Positions 34,113-47,012 of a stretch of 64,000 nucleotides of DNA are shown here, piece after piece. The notes below the pieces were generated by a model. The model was not told where the DNA came from, ran no database searches, and worked only from the letters and a program-made list of their open reading frames with translations. The position numbers and the translations under genes were made by a program. The stretch is taken from the NCBI GenBank assembly GCA_030390025.1, contig JASTWF010000328.1:186001-250000 (forward strand), in the 5' to 3' direction. Each line of letters opens with the position of its first letter. The stretch's first letter is position 1. The DNA comes from Squalus acanthias. Its lineage: Eukaryota.

Positions 34113-34671
34113 ATGTGGCTCTCATCAAGTAAACGAAGCGGTGCAAGAAAACACCCCCAGATTCAAGGCCCTGCTCCTGGGGAAGGTGATCAGACCGCAG
34201 GAACGGTACAAGTGAACAGAGTCAGATTCAAGGCCCTGCTCCTGGGGAAGGTGATCAGACCGCAGGAACGGTACAAGTGAACAGAGTCAGATTCAAGGCC
34301 CTGCTCCTGGGGAAGGTGATCAGACCGCAGGAACCGGTACAAGTGAACAGAGTCAGATTCAAGGCCCTGCTCCTGGGGAAGGTGATCAGACCGCAGGAAC
34401 CGGTACAAGTGAACAGAGTCAGATTCAAGGCCCTGCTCCTGGGGAAGGTGATCAGACCGCAGGAACGGTACAAGTGAACAGAGTCAGATTCAAGGCCCTG
34501 CTCCTGGGGAAGGTGATCAGACCGCAGGAACCGGTACAAGTGAACAGAGTCAGATTCAAGGCCCTGCTCCTGGGGAAGATGATCAGACCGCAGGAATCGG
34601 TACAAGTGAAGCGACTCCTTCTCCCGGAGATTTATTAAATGCAAATACTCCAAGCTTTGACCAAAAATCAG
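34113..34671 (+). CDS. Candidate first coding exon with internal 66-bp coding VNTR (frameshifted as assembled)
   Basis: Acceptor ttttgcag at 34095, ATG 34113 (MWLSSSKRSGARKHP), 22-aa unit QIQGPAPGEGDQTAGTGTSEQS, phase-1 donor G|gttagt at 34672. Three units lack one C. Confidence 0.5.
34158..34610. repeat. 65/66-bp tandem repeat, 7 units
   Basis: Unit starts at 34158, 34223, 34288, 34354, 34420, 34485 and 34551. Confidence 0.97.
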
Positions 34672-35914
34672 GTTAGTAGAATGAAACTCACTTCAAATAA
34701 AACATCTCTGAACATTTCAAGTACTGCTGCAAAATTTGCCCAGTCACTCACTGACCTGCAAAAAATATATAACATAGTTACAAACGTGAAACAATTTTTA
34801 ACGGCTACACTTGTGGCATATTCTGGTTTATGTTCTCTACCCCTATACTTTAATGTTTCGGGATTTTTTAAGCCAAAAATGCTGAGGGGGTAGAAATTGC
34901 TTTTAGTGCGCAGAATGGACACCGCCCTTTGAACGTGCACATAATCACGCGGCCGCAGAGAAGGCCTTAAACATGCCCATCCCATTATTTTAAGTAAAAT
35001 TCGTGGGTTGTCAGCGCCATTTGCGCTGCGCATTGGCCGCACGCAGAATGAGGGTCGCAAACTTCACCGCTGCTGACGCATGGCGGCCCAATTTCCAGAC
35101 ACTGCTTTCGAGGTTTTGCAGGAGGGCTCCGGGAATAGGGGCTTCTTCTATCCACCAGGCGGCAGGAAGATATCCAGGTAAGCTGTGAGTGGGGAGAGGT
35201 GGCAGAAATATAGCCCCATTACAGCTGCATTGCAGGAAGAAGTTCAACCACCTCACACGAAAACCCAAGATATGCCTACTAACTGATTTATATCATTACT
35301 CTCACGTAAGCCTTGCATTACCTGTTCCCCCGACACTCTCAATCCTTCCCTCCCCAATTACCAGAACTCTCACCGATTCACTGCAAATTCGTATCTGTGC
35401 ATTCAGCAGCCCAGTAGCAGCAACATCTTCTGGATACGGGGAATACATTTTAATACAGTTTCTGCTAAACCAGAAAAATAACAATACAACACAGCAGGTT
35501 GCATGGATACATATAATTCATAAGGTTTCCCGTTGCCATGGATTAATCAAACTTTTTTAACATTGATAACGCCTGTTTCAATTCCTTTTATAATAGAGAA
35601 TATTGTTCAGTCATCCCAGCACTGGGGGCGCTGTAGTGAAGATTAACACATGTCCGCCTGCCATTCTCGCCTGTTTCAAACAATGCAGTGAGAACACATT
35701 CCAGTTCATCAGTCTAAGCATGAGCGAAACAACGGAGATTCGTCAATAACAGATTAAACGACGTATTTATAATGCACACTTTCTGTAATCGTCACACATA
35801 TTGCTGCCCTCGTCACTTGTCACATTCAATACCTGTTACACATCAAACTTCACAATGCAGACATTAAATTTGGAATATAACAACTCGCACACTGTTACTG
35901 GGGTATCGGTCAAG

Positions 35915-37300
35915 GGCTGGGACAGTGGGGTGTGGGGCTGGGTCAGTGGGGTGTGGGTGTGGGGACTGGGTCAGTGGGGTGTGGGTGCTGGGCTGGGTCA
36001 GTGGGGTGTGGGGCTGGGTCAGTGGGGTCTGGGTGTGGGGCTGGGTCAGTGGGGTGTGGGTGTGTGTGTCGGGCTGGGTCAGTGGGGTGTGGGGCTGGGT
36101 CAGTGGCGTGTGGGGCTGGGTCAGTGGGGTGTGGGTGTGGGGCAGGGTCAGTGCGGTGTGGGTGTGGAGCTGGGTCAGTGGGGTGTGGGGCTGGGTCAGT
36201 GGGGTGTGGGGCTGGGTCAGTGGGGTGTGGGTGTGGTGCTGGGTCAGTGGGGTGTGGGGCTGGGTCAGTGGGGTGTGGGGCTGGGTCAGTGGGGTGTGTG
36301 GCTGGGTCAGTGGGGTGTGGTTGCTGGGTCAGGTGGGTGTGGGGTTGGGTCAGTGGGGTGTTGGTGTGGGGCTGGGTCAGTGATGTGTGGGTGTGGAGCT
36401 GGGTCAGTGGGGTGTGGGTCTGGGTCAGTGGGGTGTGGGGCTGGGTCAGTGGGGTGTGCGTGTGTGGCAGGGTCAGTGGGGTGTGGGTGCTGGGTCAGGT
36501 GGGTGTGGGGTTGGGTCAGTGGGGTGTTGGTGTGGGGCTGGGTCAGTGGTGTGTGGGTGTGGGGCTGGGTCAGTGGGGTGTGCGTGTGCGGCAGGGTCAG
36601 TGGGGTGTGGGTGTGGGGCAGGGTCAGTTGTGTGTGTGTGGCTGGGTCAGTGGGGTGTGGGTCAGGCTCAGTGGGGTGTGGGTGTGGGGCTGGTTCAGTG
36701 GGGTGTGGGTGTGGGGCAGGTTCAGTTGGGTGTGGGGCAGGGTCAGTGGGGTGTGGGGCTGGGTCAGTGAGGTGTGGGTATGGGGCAGGGTCAGTGGGGT
36801 GTGGGTGTGGGGCAGGGTCAGTGGGGTGTGGGTGTGGGGCTGGGTCAGTGGGGTGTGGGGCTGGGTCAGTGGGTGTGGGTGTGGGGCAGGGTCAGTGGGG
36901 TGTGGGGCTGGGTCAGTGGGTGTGGGGCTGGGTCAGTGAGGTGTGGGTATGGGGCAGGGTCAGTGGGATGTGGGAGTGGGGCAGGGTCAGTTGGGTGTGG
37001 GGCTGGGTCAGTGGGTGTGGGGCAGGGTCAGTGGGGTGTGGGTGTGGGGCAGGGTCAGTGGGGTGTGGGGCAGGGTCAGTGGGGTGTGGGGCAGGGTCAG
37101 TGGGGTGTGGGGCAGGGTCAGTGGGGTGTGGGGCAGGGTCAGTGGGGTGTGGGGCTGGGTCAGTGGGGTGTGGGGCTGGGTCAGTTGGGTGTGGGGCTGG
37201 GTCAGTGGGGTGTGGGTCAGGGTCAGTGGGGTGTGGGTGTGGTCCTGGGTCAGTGGGGTGTGGGGCTGGGTCAGTGCGGTGTCGATGTGGGGCTGGGTCA
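35915..37300. repeat. G-rich 21/27-bp minisatellite
   Basis: ggggtgt(gggtgt)ggggctgggtcagt repeated over ~1.4 kb. Confidence 0.97.
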
Positions 37301-37339
37301 CTTTACTCCTTTCACCCTCCGTAAACTTAACCGCATGAA

Positions 37340-37790
37340 AAACCCTGCTCACCCATCACCCTGTCCTTTTGAACCTACATTGGCTCCCGGTCCCTCAACA
37401 CATCCAAATTAAAACTCTCATCCTCGAGTTTAAAGCCCTTCATGGTCTCATCGCTCGCTCTCTCTGGAACCTCTTCCAGCCCAACAATCCTCCACCTCTC
37501 TGTTCCTCCGACTCGTGCCTCTTGTGCATTTCATCTGCTCCTCCCCCCATCTATGGAGGCTGTGCCTTCGGCTGTCCCGCTTCTCTGCTCTGAAATTCCC
37601 CACCTAAACCTCTCCTCCTCCCTCCTTCTTTAAGACACTCCTAAAACTCACTTATTTGACTAATCTCTGACCAGCCTTCCTTCTACCCGCTTTATTCAGC
37701 GTCCACCTTTTGTCTGATTCAGCTCCTGTGAGGCGCCTTGCGATGTTTTTAGATGTTAAAAGCGCTGTAGAAATGTAAGATGTTGTTGTT
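37340..37790 (+). mobile_element. L2-type LINE 3' end
   Basis: LHWLPVPQHIQIKTLILEFKALHGL; tail ..agcgctgtagaaatgtaagatgttgttgtt. Confidence 0.7.
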
Positions 37791-39875
37791 GTGTGTTTAT
37801 TGTACTCGTGTCAGCGTGAGTGACACAGCAGGTAACTGAAACTTAAAAGGTTTCAAACTTAGTTACAGCTTAATTCTGGAGAATAACTTCAACTATATTT
37901 TGTAAAAATTACTGATCCTGGACTGAATCACATTTCCATTTCCACAGTGGGGAAAGGAAAGGACGCTGACTGAGAGTTTGATTGGGCACACACACAGTGA
38001 AACACGCGCACAAGTGGAGAATATTCACTGTAAAACAACAGTCAAATCTACCACTTATAGTAGTGATAATGGGAGACTTAATTATCCTAATATAGACTGG
38101 GATAGTAATCCTGAAAAGGGCAGAGACGGGGAAGAATGTCTGAAGTGTGTTCAGGAGAACTTTCTTGAGTGCTACGTTCAGGCCCAATGACGAAGGAGGC
38201 ATTGGTGGATCTGGTTCTGGGTAATTAGGTGTGTCAAGTGGAGCAAGTGTCAGTAGGTGACCATTTAGGGAACAGTGATCATAGTATCATAAGGTTTAGA
38301 TTAGCCAAGGAAAAGGACAGGGAGCAGTCTAGAGTAAAAAATAATTAATTGGCGGAAGGCAAATTTCAGTGGGTTGAGAATGGATCGGGCCCGGGTATAT
38401 TGGAATCAAATATTGGCAGGCAAAAGGCTGCTTTTAAAGAGGAGATGGTTCGAGTACAGTCGAGGTACTTTACCACGAGTGGGAAAGGTAGGGCAACCAA
38501 AATCAGAGATTCCTGGATGACGAAAGAGACAGAGTAAGATGAAGCAGAAAAAGGATGTCAGGTTGAACCAGGCTAAATATAAAAAGTTCAGACGGGAAGC
38601 GGAAAAGGAAATAAGAGGGGCAAAGAGAGAGTCTGAGAATAGATTGGCAGGTAACATAAAAGAAATCCAAAAGTCTTCTATAGGCATATAAATAATAAAC
38701 CGGTAGTAAGAGGACGGGTGGGGCCGATTAGGAATCAAAATGGAGACCTACGCATGGAGGCAGAGGGCGTGGCTGAGATACTGAATGAGTACTTTGCATG
38801 TGTCTTTACCAAGGAAGAAGATGCTGCCAAAGTCATAGTGAAAGAGGAGGTAGTCGAGATACTGGATGGGATAAAAATTGATAAAGAGGAGGTACTAGAA
38901 AGGCTGGCTTTACTTAAAGTAGATAAGTCACCAGGACCGGATGCAATGCATCCTAGGATGCTGTGGGAGGTAACGGTGGAAATTGCGGAGGTACTGGCCA
39001 TAATCTTCCAATCCTCCTTGGATACGGGGCTGGTTCCAGAGGACTGGAGAATTGCAAATGTTACACCCTTGTTCAAAAAAGGGTGTAAGGATAAACCCAG
39101 AAACTACAGGCCAGTCAGTTTAACCTCGGTAGTGGGGAAACTTTTAGAAACGATAATCCGGGACAAAATGAACAGTCACTTGGACAAGTATGGATTAATT
39201 AAGGAAAGCCAGCACGAATTTGTTAAAGGGAAACCGTGTTTAACTAAATTGAGTTGTTTGATGAGGTAACAGAGAATGTTGATGAGGGCAATGCTGATGA
39301 TGTGTACATGGACTTCCAAAAGGCGTTTGATAATGTGCCACATAATTGGCTTGCCAGAAAAGTTGAAGCCCATGTAATAAAAGGGGCAGTGGCAGCATGT
39401 ATACGAAATTGGCTAAGTGAGAGGACACATATAGTATTGGTGAACGGTTGTTTTTCGGACTGGAGGAAGGTACACAGTGATGTTCCCCAGGGATTGGTGA
39501 TAGGACCACTGCTTTTCTTGATATATATTAATGACGTAGACTTAGGTGTACAGGTGTACAGTTTCAAAATTTGCAGATGACACAAAACTTGGAAGTATAC
39601 TGAACAGTGATGAGTATAGTGATAGAATTCAAGAATACATAGACAGGCTGGTGGAATGGGCGGCCACGTGGCAGAAGAAATTTATTGCAGAAAAGTGCGA
39701 AATGATATATTTTGATTCGAAGAATGAGGAGAGCAATATAAACTGAACGGAACAATTCTAAAGGGCGTGCATGAACAGAGACACCTGGGGTATATGTGCA
39801 CAATTCGTTGAATGTGGCATGGCAGGTTGAGAAAGGGGTTAAAACAGCATACGCGATCCTGGGCTTCATAAATAG

Positions 39876-39961
39876 GCTTCACCTGACGAAGGAGCAGCCG
39901 CTCCGAAAGCTTGTGATTTCAAATAAAACTGTTGGACTATAACCTGGTGTTGTGCGACTTC
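39876..39961 (+). mobile_element. 86-bp solo Penelope terminal fragment containing the HHR-like core
   Basis: CTGACGAAGGAGCagccGCTCCGAAAGCTT..ctgttggactataacctggtgttgtgcgacttc, flanked by TSD tcataaatag (39866-39875, 39962-39971). Confidence 0.9.
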
Positions 39962-40265
39962 TCATAAATAGAGGTATAGAGTTCAAAAGCAAGGAAGTAA
40001 TGATGAACCTTTATATAAAAACTGGTGCGGCTTCAACTGCAGCATTGTTTCCAATTCTGGGCACCGTACTTTAGGAAGGATGTGAAGGCCTTAGAGAAGG
40101 CGCAGAGAATATTTACGAGAATGGTTCCAGGGTGAGGGACTTCAGTTACATGGATAGACTGGGGAAGCTGGGTTTGTTCTCCTTAGAGCAGAGAAGGTTG
40201 AGAGGAAATTTGATTGAGGTGTTCAAAATCATGAGGGGTCTCCACAGCGTAGATGGAGAGAAACT

Positions 40266-42615
40266 ATGTGGATAGGCCGACAAGAGGTGGGGCCACATTG
40301 GATTTGGTACTGGGTAATGAACCGGGCCAAGTGTTTGATTTGTATGTGGGAGAGCACTTTGGAGATAGCGACCACAATTCGGTGACTTTCACTATTGCAA
40401 TGGAGAGGGATAGGGCCATACGGCAGGGCAGGGTTTATAATTGGGGGAGGGGTAATTATGATGCGAATAGGCAAGAATTAGGGAGCATAAGATGGGAACA
40501 GAAACTATTAGGGAAAGGCACAAACGAAAAGTGGAGCTTTTTCATGGAGCAATTACTGCGTGTCCTTGATAGGTATGTCCCTGTCAGGCAGGGAGGAAAT
40601 GGCCGAGTGAGAGAACCATGGTTCACAAAAGAGGTTGAATGTCTAGTCAAGAGGAAAAAGGAAGCGTATGTAAGGATGAGAAAACAAGGTTCAGTTGGGT
40701 CGATTGAGGGGTACAAGGTAGCAAGGAATGAGCTAAAAAAAGAGCTTAGGAGAGCTAGGAGGGGGCATGAGAAGTCCTTGGCGGGTCGGATCAAGAAAAA
40801 CCCCAAGGCTTTTTACTCTTATGTGAGAAATAAAAGAATGACCAGGATGAGGGTAGGGCCGGTCAAGGACAGTAGTGGGAACTTGTGCATGGAGTCAGAA
40901 GAGATAGGAGAGGTGATGAATGAATACTTTTCGTCAGTGTTCACCGAGGAGAGGGGCCATGTTTTTGAGGATGAGAGTGTGATAAAGGTGGATAGGCTGG
41001 AGGAGGTAGATGTTCTGAGGGAAGATGTTTTAGCAATTTTGAAGAACCTGAGGGTCGATAAGTCCCCTGGGCCAGATGGGATATATCCTAGGATTCTTTG
41101 GGAGGCAAGGGAGGAGATTGCAGAGCCTTTGGCTTTGATCTTTGGGTCCTCACTGTCCACGGGGATGGTGCCAGAGGACTGGAGAGTGGCGAATGTTGTT
41201 CCTCTCTTCAAGAAAGGAAATAGGAATGACCCTGGTAATTATAGGCCGGTTAGTCTTACTTCGGTGGTTGGTAAGATTATGGAAAAGGTCCTGAGGGATA
41301 GGATTTATGACCATTTGGAAAGAGGCAACTTAATCAGGGATAGTCAACACGGATTCGTGAAGGGTAAGTCTTTCCTAACAAATTTGATTGAATTCTTTGA
41401 GGAGGTAACTAAGTGTGTAGATGAAGGTAGAGCAGTTGATGTCGTATACATGGATTTTAGCAAGGCGTTTGATAAGGTTCCCCATGGTCGGCTCATGAAG
41501 AAAGTAAGGAGTTGTGGGATAGAGGGAAATTTGGCCGATTGGATAAGTAACTGGCTATCTCATAGAAGGCAGAGGGTGGTGGTGGATGGAACATTTTCGG
41601 ACTGGAGACCAGTTACCAGCGGTGTGCCGCAGGGGTCGGTGCTGGGTCCTCTGCTGTTTGTGATTTTTATCAATGACTTGGAGGAGGGGACTGAAGGGTG
41701 GATCAGTAAATTTGCTGATGACACCAAGATTGGTGGAGTAGTGGATGAGGTGGAGGGCTGTTGTAAGCTGCAAAGAGACATTGATAGGATGCAGAGCTGG
41801 GCCGAAAAATGGCAGATGGAATTTAACCCTGATAAGTGCGAGGTGATTCATTTTGGTAGGGCAAATTTGAATAAGGATTACAGGGTCAACGGCAGGGTTC
41901 TGAGGAACGTGGAGGAACTGAGGGATCTGGGGGTTCATATCCACAGATCTCTGAAGGTTGCCACTCAAGTGGATAGAGCAGTAAAGAAGGCCTATAGTGT
42001 GTTAGCGTTTATTAACAAGGTGTTTGAGTTTAAGAACCGTGAGGTTATGCTACAACTGTACAGGACCTTGGTGAGACCACATTTGGAATATTGTGTGCAG
42101 TTCTGGTCACCTCACTATAGGAAGGACGTGGAAGCATTGGAAAGAGTGCAAAGGAGATTTACCAGGATGCTGCCTGGTTTGGGGGGGAGGTCTTATGAGG
42201 AAAGATTGAGGGAGCTAGGGCTTTTCTCTTTAGAGCGGAGGAGGATGAGAGGCGACTTAATAGAGGTTTATAAGATGATGAGGGGGATAGATAGAGTGGA
42301 TGTTCAGAGACTATTTCCTCGGGTGGAGGTAGCTGTTACAAGGGGGCATAACTATAAGGTGCATGGGGGGAGATATAGAAGGGATGTCCGAGGTAGATTC
42401 TTTACTGAGAGAGTGGTTGGGGTGTGGAATGGACTGCCTGCTGTGATAGTGGAGTCGGACACTTTAGGAACTTTCAAGCGGTTATTGGATAAGCACATGG
42501 AGCACACCAGAATGATAGGGAGTGGGATAGCTTGATCTTGGTTTCGGACAATGCTCGGCACAACATCGAGGGCTGAAGGGCCTGTACTGTGCTGTACTGT
42601 TCTATGTTCTATGTT
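40266..42615 (+). mobile_element. Young 5'-truncated CR1 LINE with an uninterrupted ORF2 portion (to 42535)
   Basis: PTRGGATLDLV, SDH, KAFDKV, PQGSVLGP and FADDTK open for ~755 codons; (ttctatg)n tail; 5-bp TSD aaact at 40261-40265 and 42616-42620. Confidence 0.93.
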
Positions 42616-43612
42616 AAACTGTTCCCATTGGCGGTAGGGTCGAGAAACAGAGGACACAGATTTACGATGATTGGCAGAAGAATCAAAGGCGACATGAGGA
42701 AAAGCTGTTTTACGCAGCGAGTGGTTAGGATCTGGAATGCACTGCCTGAAAGGGTGGTGGAGGCTGATTCAATCGTGGCTTTTAAAAAGGAATTGGATAA
42801 GTACCCGAAGGAAAAAAATGCAGGGCTGCGGGAAAAGTGTGTGGGATTGGGACTGGCTGAAGTGCTCTTGCAGAGATTCGGCACGGGCTCGACGGGCCGA
42901 ATGGCCACCTTCTGTAAACATTCTATGATTCTATCTTTCTATGATTCTACATGGCACGGGCTCATTAGTCAGGTGCTGACACCATGAGAGATATGGTCAA
43001 TACATTCAAATAGAAGCACCAACCAGGACACATCTCCATGAACACACGGACAATGCCACTGCCCATAGAGACCAGAGGGTTCACACCCAGATATATGTTG
43101 TGTTTGGATATATATCATATTCATAAACTACCAGAATTTAATATCAAAACTCAACAAATCAAAAATATTAAAAACAAACCTGTGAATAAAAATAATACAA
43201 CACGCCCACACTGTGTAAAACCGAGTGAAGGATCAGATAGTTCATCAATGATCACCCGCTTGTTATTTCGCTGCAGAATATTCTCTACTCCAGTAATAAG
43301 GCTGGTTTTGGGCTGCACTGTGCGAGTAAATCTCACCAATAGGCGCTCCCAGTGCAGAGTCTGGGCCGACGGGAGCCCGTCTGGAACTCGGTTGTGGAGA
43401 TCAGCGGGACTCTCTGGATTTCACTGGGCAGCTGTCTGTGTCACACGTGATGTGGAGAGTTGATCGTAACACTCGGGAAATGCTCGATCCCAGAGCTAAC
43501 AGCTGTTGTACTGATGGGGGAGGAGGGACTTAATATCATGTTTAACCAGGCAACGTTCTCCTTCTCATTTTAATATTTCCATCTAACTCTCCTGTTAATA
43601 TATTTGTTACAG

Positions 43613-43708
43613 AACATCAGAATCTGGGAACGCCTGTCACCACCATGGCCGAAGGTCCAAACAGGAGAGAAGATCCAACATCTTCAACAAGACTGAGAAT
43701 GGACACAG
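43613..43708 (+). CDS. 96-bp phase 1-1 exon, copy 1 (EHQNLGTPVTTMAEGPNRREDPTSSTRLRMDT), probable NLR-family N-terminus
   Basis: ttgttacag acceptor, CAG|gtgggt donor, Kozak-like accaccATGg at 43645. Confidence 0.65.
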
Positions 43709-44519
43709 GTGGGTTCACAAAATTATTTAAATATAATTTCTGTCCTGACAAATGGTCCAGATCTCGTGCAAGAACCTGAGCTTACAAAGGAAGAGGAAAC
43801 TTATTATAAGAAATAGGAGTACGCCATTCAGCTCTTCGAGCCTGCTCTGCAATTAGTATCCAATAATCTATCGATCTTTGTCTTGAATATACTCAACAAC
43901 TGAGCATCCACAGCCTCTGTGGTAGAGAATTCCAAAGATTCATAACCCTTTGAGTGAAGATATTTCTCCTCACTTTAGTCCTAATTCGCCGACCCCCTTA
44001 TTCTGAGAGTCTGAACCCTAGTACTAGACTCACCAGGCAGTGGAAACATCCTCCCAGCATCTACCCTGTCAAGCCCCTTAAGAATTTTATGTTTCAATGA
44101 AATCACCTCATGGAACTGGCCAGGGGCTGTGTCCAAAGCAGGAAGTGAGTGACCATCTAGAGGGGCACTGCAGTCACAGGTGGAGTGAGTCCCTGAGTAC
44201 TGGAACTGTCCAATAGATGCCTGGTATTGGGGACTATAAGGAGAATAGAGACAGTGACTCAGAGGATGGTCTTCCTAGGCAACAGTGTGACACCAGGGAG
44301 TAGGAGGTCACCTCGAGTGTTGGGGGGCAGGAGGTTGACAGCAGTTTACCCAAAGGAATAGGAGAACGATAAAAGTGTCTGATTCGACAGTTTGGGGAAT
44401 AGACAGCTTCTGGTGCCAGATGAAATAAAATGTTAGAATGGGTGGGACCTTTTCTGGAAAGGCAAGAAGAGCAGAAAATACTTCTGGTCAAAACCAATAA
44501 CGCAACTAGAAATACAATT

Positions 44520-45050
44520 AAAAAAAAATAATTTTCAAGTTGCGAGTGTCACTGGCAAGCTCAGCATTTATTGCCCATTCCTGTTTGCCCTTGAATAGGT
44601 GGTGGAAGGCTGCCTTCTTGAATCGCTGCAGCCCACCTGGTGACGGTGCTCCTTCAGTGTTTTTAGGTATAGATTTCCAAGGTTGAGATCCAGCGACAAT
44701 GAAGGAGCAGTGATATATGTCCAGGTTAGGATGTTGTGTCATTTTAAGGGGAACTTGGAGGTGATGGTGTTCCCTTGCACCTGCTTGCCTCGCCCTTCTA
44801 GTGGTAAATGTCGTGAGTTTCGGTGGTGCTGTCAACGATGGCTTGGCGAGTTACTTGAGTGCATCCTGTAGATAGCACTCAGTAGCCACAGTGCGCCAGT
44901 GGTGGAGGGTGTGAATATTTAACCCAATGGATGGGGTGCTGATCAAGCAGAATGCTTTGTGCTGAATTGTGTCGAGCTTCAGAAGTGTTGTTGCAATTTG
45001 CACTCGTCCAGACAAATGGAGAGCATTCCATCACTTCCTGACGTGCCTAG
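44520..45050 (-). mobile_element. Non-LTR retrotransposon 3' fragment
   Basis: ..SFIVAGSQPWKSIP..GLQRFKKAAFHHL followed by a gggcaataaatgctg tail on -. Confidence 0.6.
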
Positions 45051-45062
45051 TAGGCGGGGAAA

Positions 45063-45660
45063 GCATTGGGATACAGTCAGGAGGGACTGGTCCGGGGAGT
45101 TTTGAACATTGGCATACAGTCAGGAGGGAGGGGTCCGAGGAGTTTTGAACATTGGTATACAGTGAGGAGGGAGGGGTCCGGGGAGTTTTGAACATTGGCA
45201 TACAGTCAGGAGGGAGTGGTCCGGGGAGTTTTGAACATTGGTATACAGTGAGGAGGGAGGGGTCCGGGGAGTTTTGAACATTGGTATACAGTGAGGGAGT
45301 GGTCCGGGGAGTTTTGAACATTGGTATACAGTGAGGAGGGAGTGGTCCGGGGAGTTTTGAACATTGATATACAGTCAGGTGGGAGGGGTTCGGGGAGTTT
45401 TGAACATTGGTATACAGTAAGGAGGGAGTGGTCTGTGGAGATTTGAACATTGGTATACAGTCAAGAGGGAGTGGGCCGGGGAGTTTTGAACACTGGTATA
45501 CAGTCAGGAGGGAGGGGTTCGGGGAGTTTTGAACATTGGTATACAGTCAGGAGGGAGGGGTCCGGGGAGTTTTGAACATTGTTGTACAGTCAGGAGGGAG
45601 GGGTTCGGGGAGTTTTGAACATTGGTATACAGTCAGGAGGGAGGGGTCCGGGGAGTTTTG
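45063..45660. repeat. 43-bp minisatellite (~14 units)
   Basis: gagttttgaacattggtatacagtcaggagggaggggtccggg. Confidence 0.95.
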
Positions 45661-46078
45661 ACACTGTGAATCCCCTCCCTCCATCATTGTGACACTGTGA
45701 ATCCCCTCCCTCCATCATTGTGACACTGTGTATCCCCTCCTTCCCTCGCTGTGGCATTGTGAAGCCCCTCCCTCCCTCACTGTGACACTGTGAAGCCCCT
45801 CCCGCCCTCACTGTGAAACTGTGAATCCCCTCCCTCCCTCACTGTGACACCCCTCCCTCCCTCACTGTGACAATGTGAATCCCCCCTCCCTCACTGTGAC
45901 ACTGTGAATCCCCCCTCCCTCACTGTGACGCTGTAAATCCCCTCCCTCCCTCACTGTGACACTGTGAATCCCCCCTCCCTCACTGTGACGCTGTAAATCC
46001 CCTCCCTCCCTCACTGTGACACTGTGAATCCTCTCCCTCCCTCACTGTGACACTGTGAAGCCCCTCCCTCCCTCACTC
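45661..46078. repeat. ~29-31 bp minisatellite
   Basis: acactgtgaatcccctccctccctcactgtg. Confidence 0.95.
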
Positions 46079-46337
46079 TGAGTCAACTACTTCACTTTCC
46101 ATCTGGAACTCGGTTGTGGAGATCAGCGGGACTCACTGGATTTCACTGGGCAGCTGTCTGTGTCACACCTGATGTGGAGAGTTGATGGTAACACTCGGGA
46201 AATGCTCGATCCCAGAGATAACAGCTGTTGTACTGATGGGGGAGGAGGGACTTGATATCATGTTTATCGAGGCAACGTTCTCCTTCTCATTTTAATATTT
46301 CCGTCTAACACTCCTATTAATATTATATTTATTACAG

Positions 46338-46433
46338 AGCATCAGAATCTGGGAACTCCTGTCACCACCATGGCTGAAGGTCCAAACAGGGGAGAAGATC
46401 CAACATCTTCAACAAGAATGAGAATGGACACAG
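46338..46433 (+). CDS. 96-bp phase 1-1 exon, copy 2 (EHQNLGTPVTTMAEGPNRGEDPTSSTRMRMDT)
   Basis: attacag acceptor, CAG|gtaggc donor, ATG at 46370. Duplicate of 43613-43708. Confidence 0.65.
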
Positions 46434-46884
46434 GTAGGCTCACAAAATACTTTAAATTTAAATTCTGTCCCGACAGAAGGTCCAGATCTCGTGCATGAAC
46501 CTGCAGCTCACACAGGAAGACGGAACAGGAGAGGGACTGAGTAGAAAGATTGAGGTTAGTGATCATCTGGAGGGACACCGCAGTCACAGGAGGAGGCAGT
46601 CTCTGAGTACTGGATACCTGGCATTGGGGACTGTAAGGTGGATAGAGACAGTGACTCAGAGAATCGTCTTCCTGAGCAACAGTGTGACACCAGAGAGCAG
46701 GAGGACATCCCGAGTGGGGCGGGGGTGAGAGGCAGGTGGGGCACAGGAATAGGAGAGCGATAGTGGTGGGAGATTCTATAGTCAGGGGAGTAGACAGACT
46801 CTTCTGCAGCCCTGAGCAGGTCCCGAATGGTAAGTTGCCTCCTTTGTGCCAGAGGGAAGAACATCCTGGAACGGGTGTGACCAT

Positions 46885-47012
46885 CTGATGAAAGGTCATC
46901 GACCTGAAACGTTAACTCTCTTTCTCTCTCCACGGATGCTGCCTGGCCTGCTGAGTTTTTCCAGCGTTTTCTGTTGTTATTTCGGATTTCCAGCATCCGC
47001 AGTATTTTGCTA
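46885..47012 (+). mobile_element. Short Penelope-derived repeat with HHR-like core
   Basis: CTGATGA-A-AGGTC-atc-GACCT-GAAA-CGTTAAC. Confidence 0.65.

Larger units (their letters stand above)
38060..42948 (+). mobile_element. Older CR1 LINE hosting two nested insertions
   Basis: Broken EN/RT motifs at 38060-40265, resuming at 42616-42948; tail ttctatgattcta. Confidence 0.88.

Noticed and set aside
35801..37412. Long Gly/Val/Trp ORFs
   Set aside because: Low-complexity G-rich repeat that is open in several frames.
37948..38058. Possible extra exon split by the 38-43 kb CR1 (continuing at ~42950-43090)
   Set aside because: The acceptor is good, but the expected frame contains stops and there is no clear donor, so it cannot be supported.
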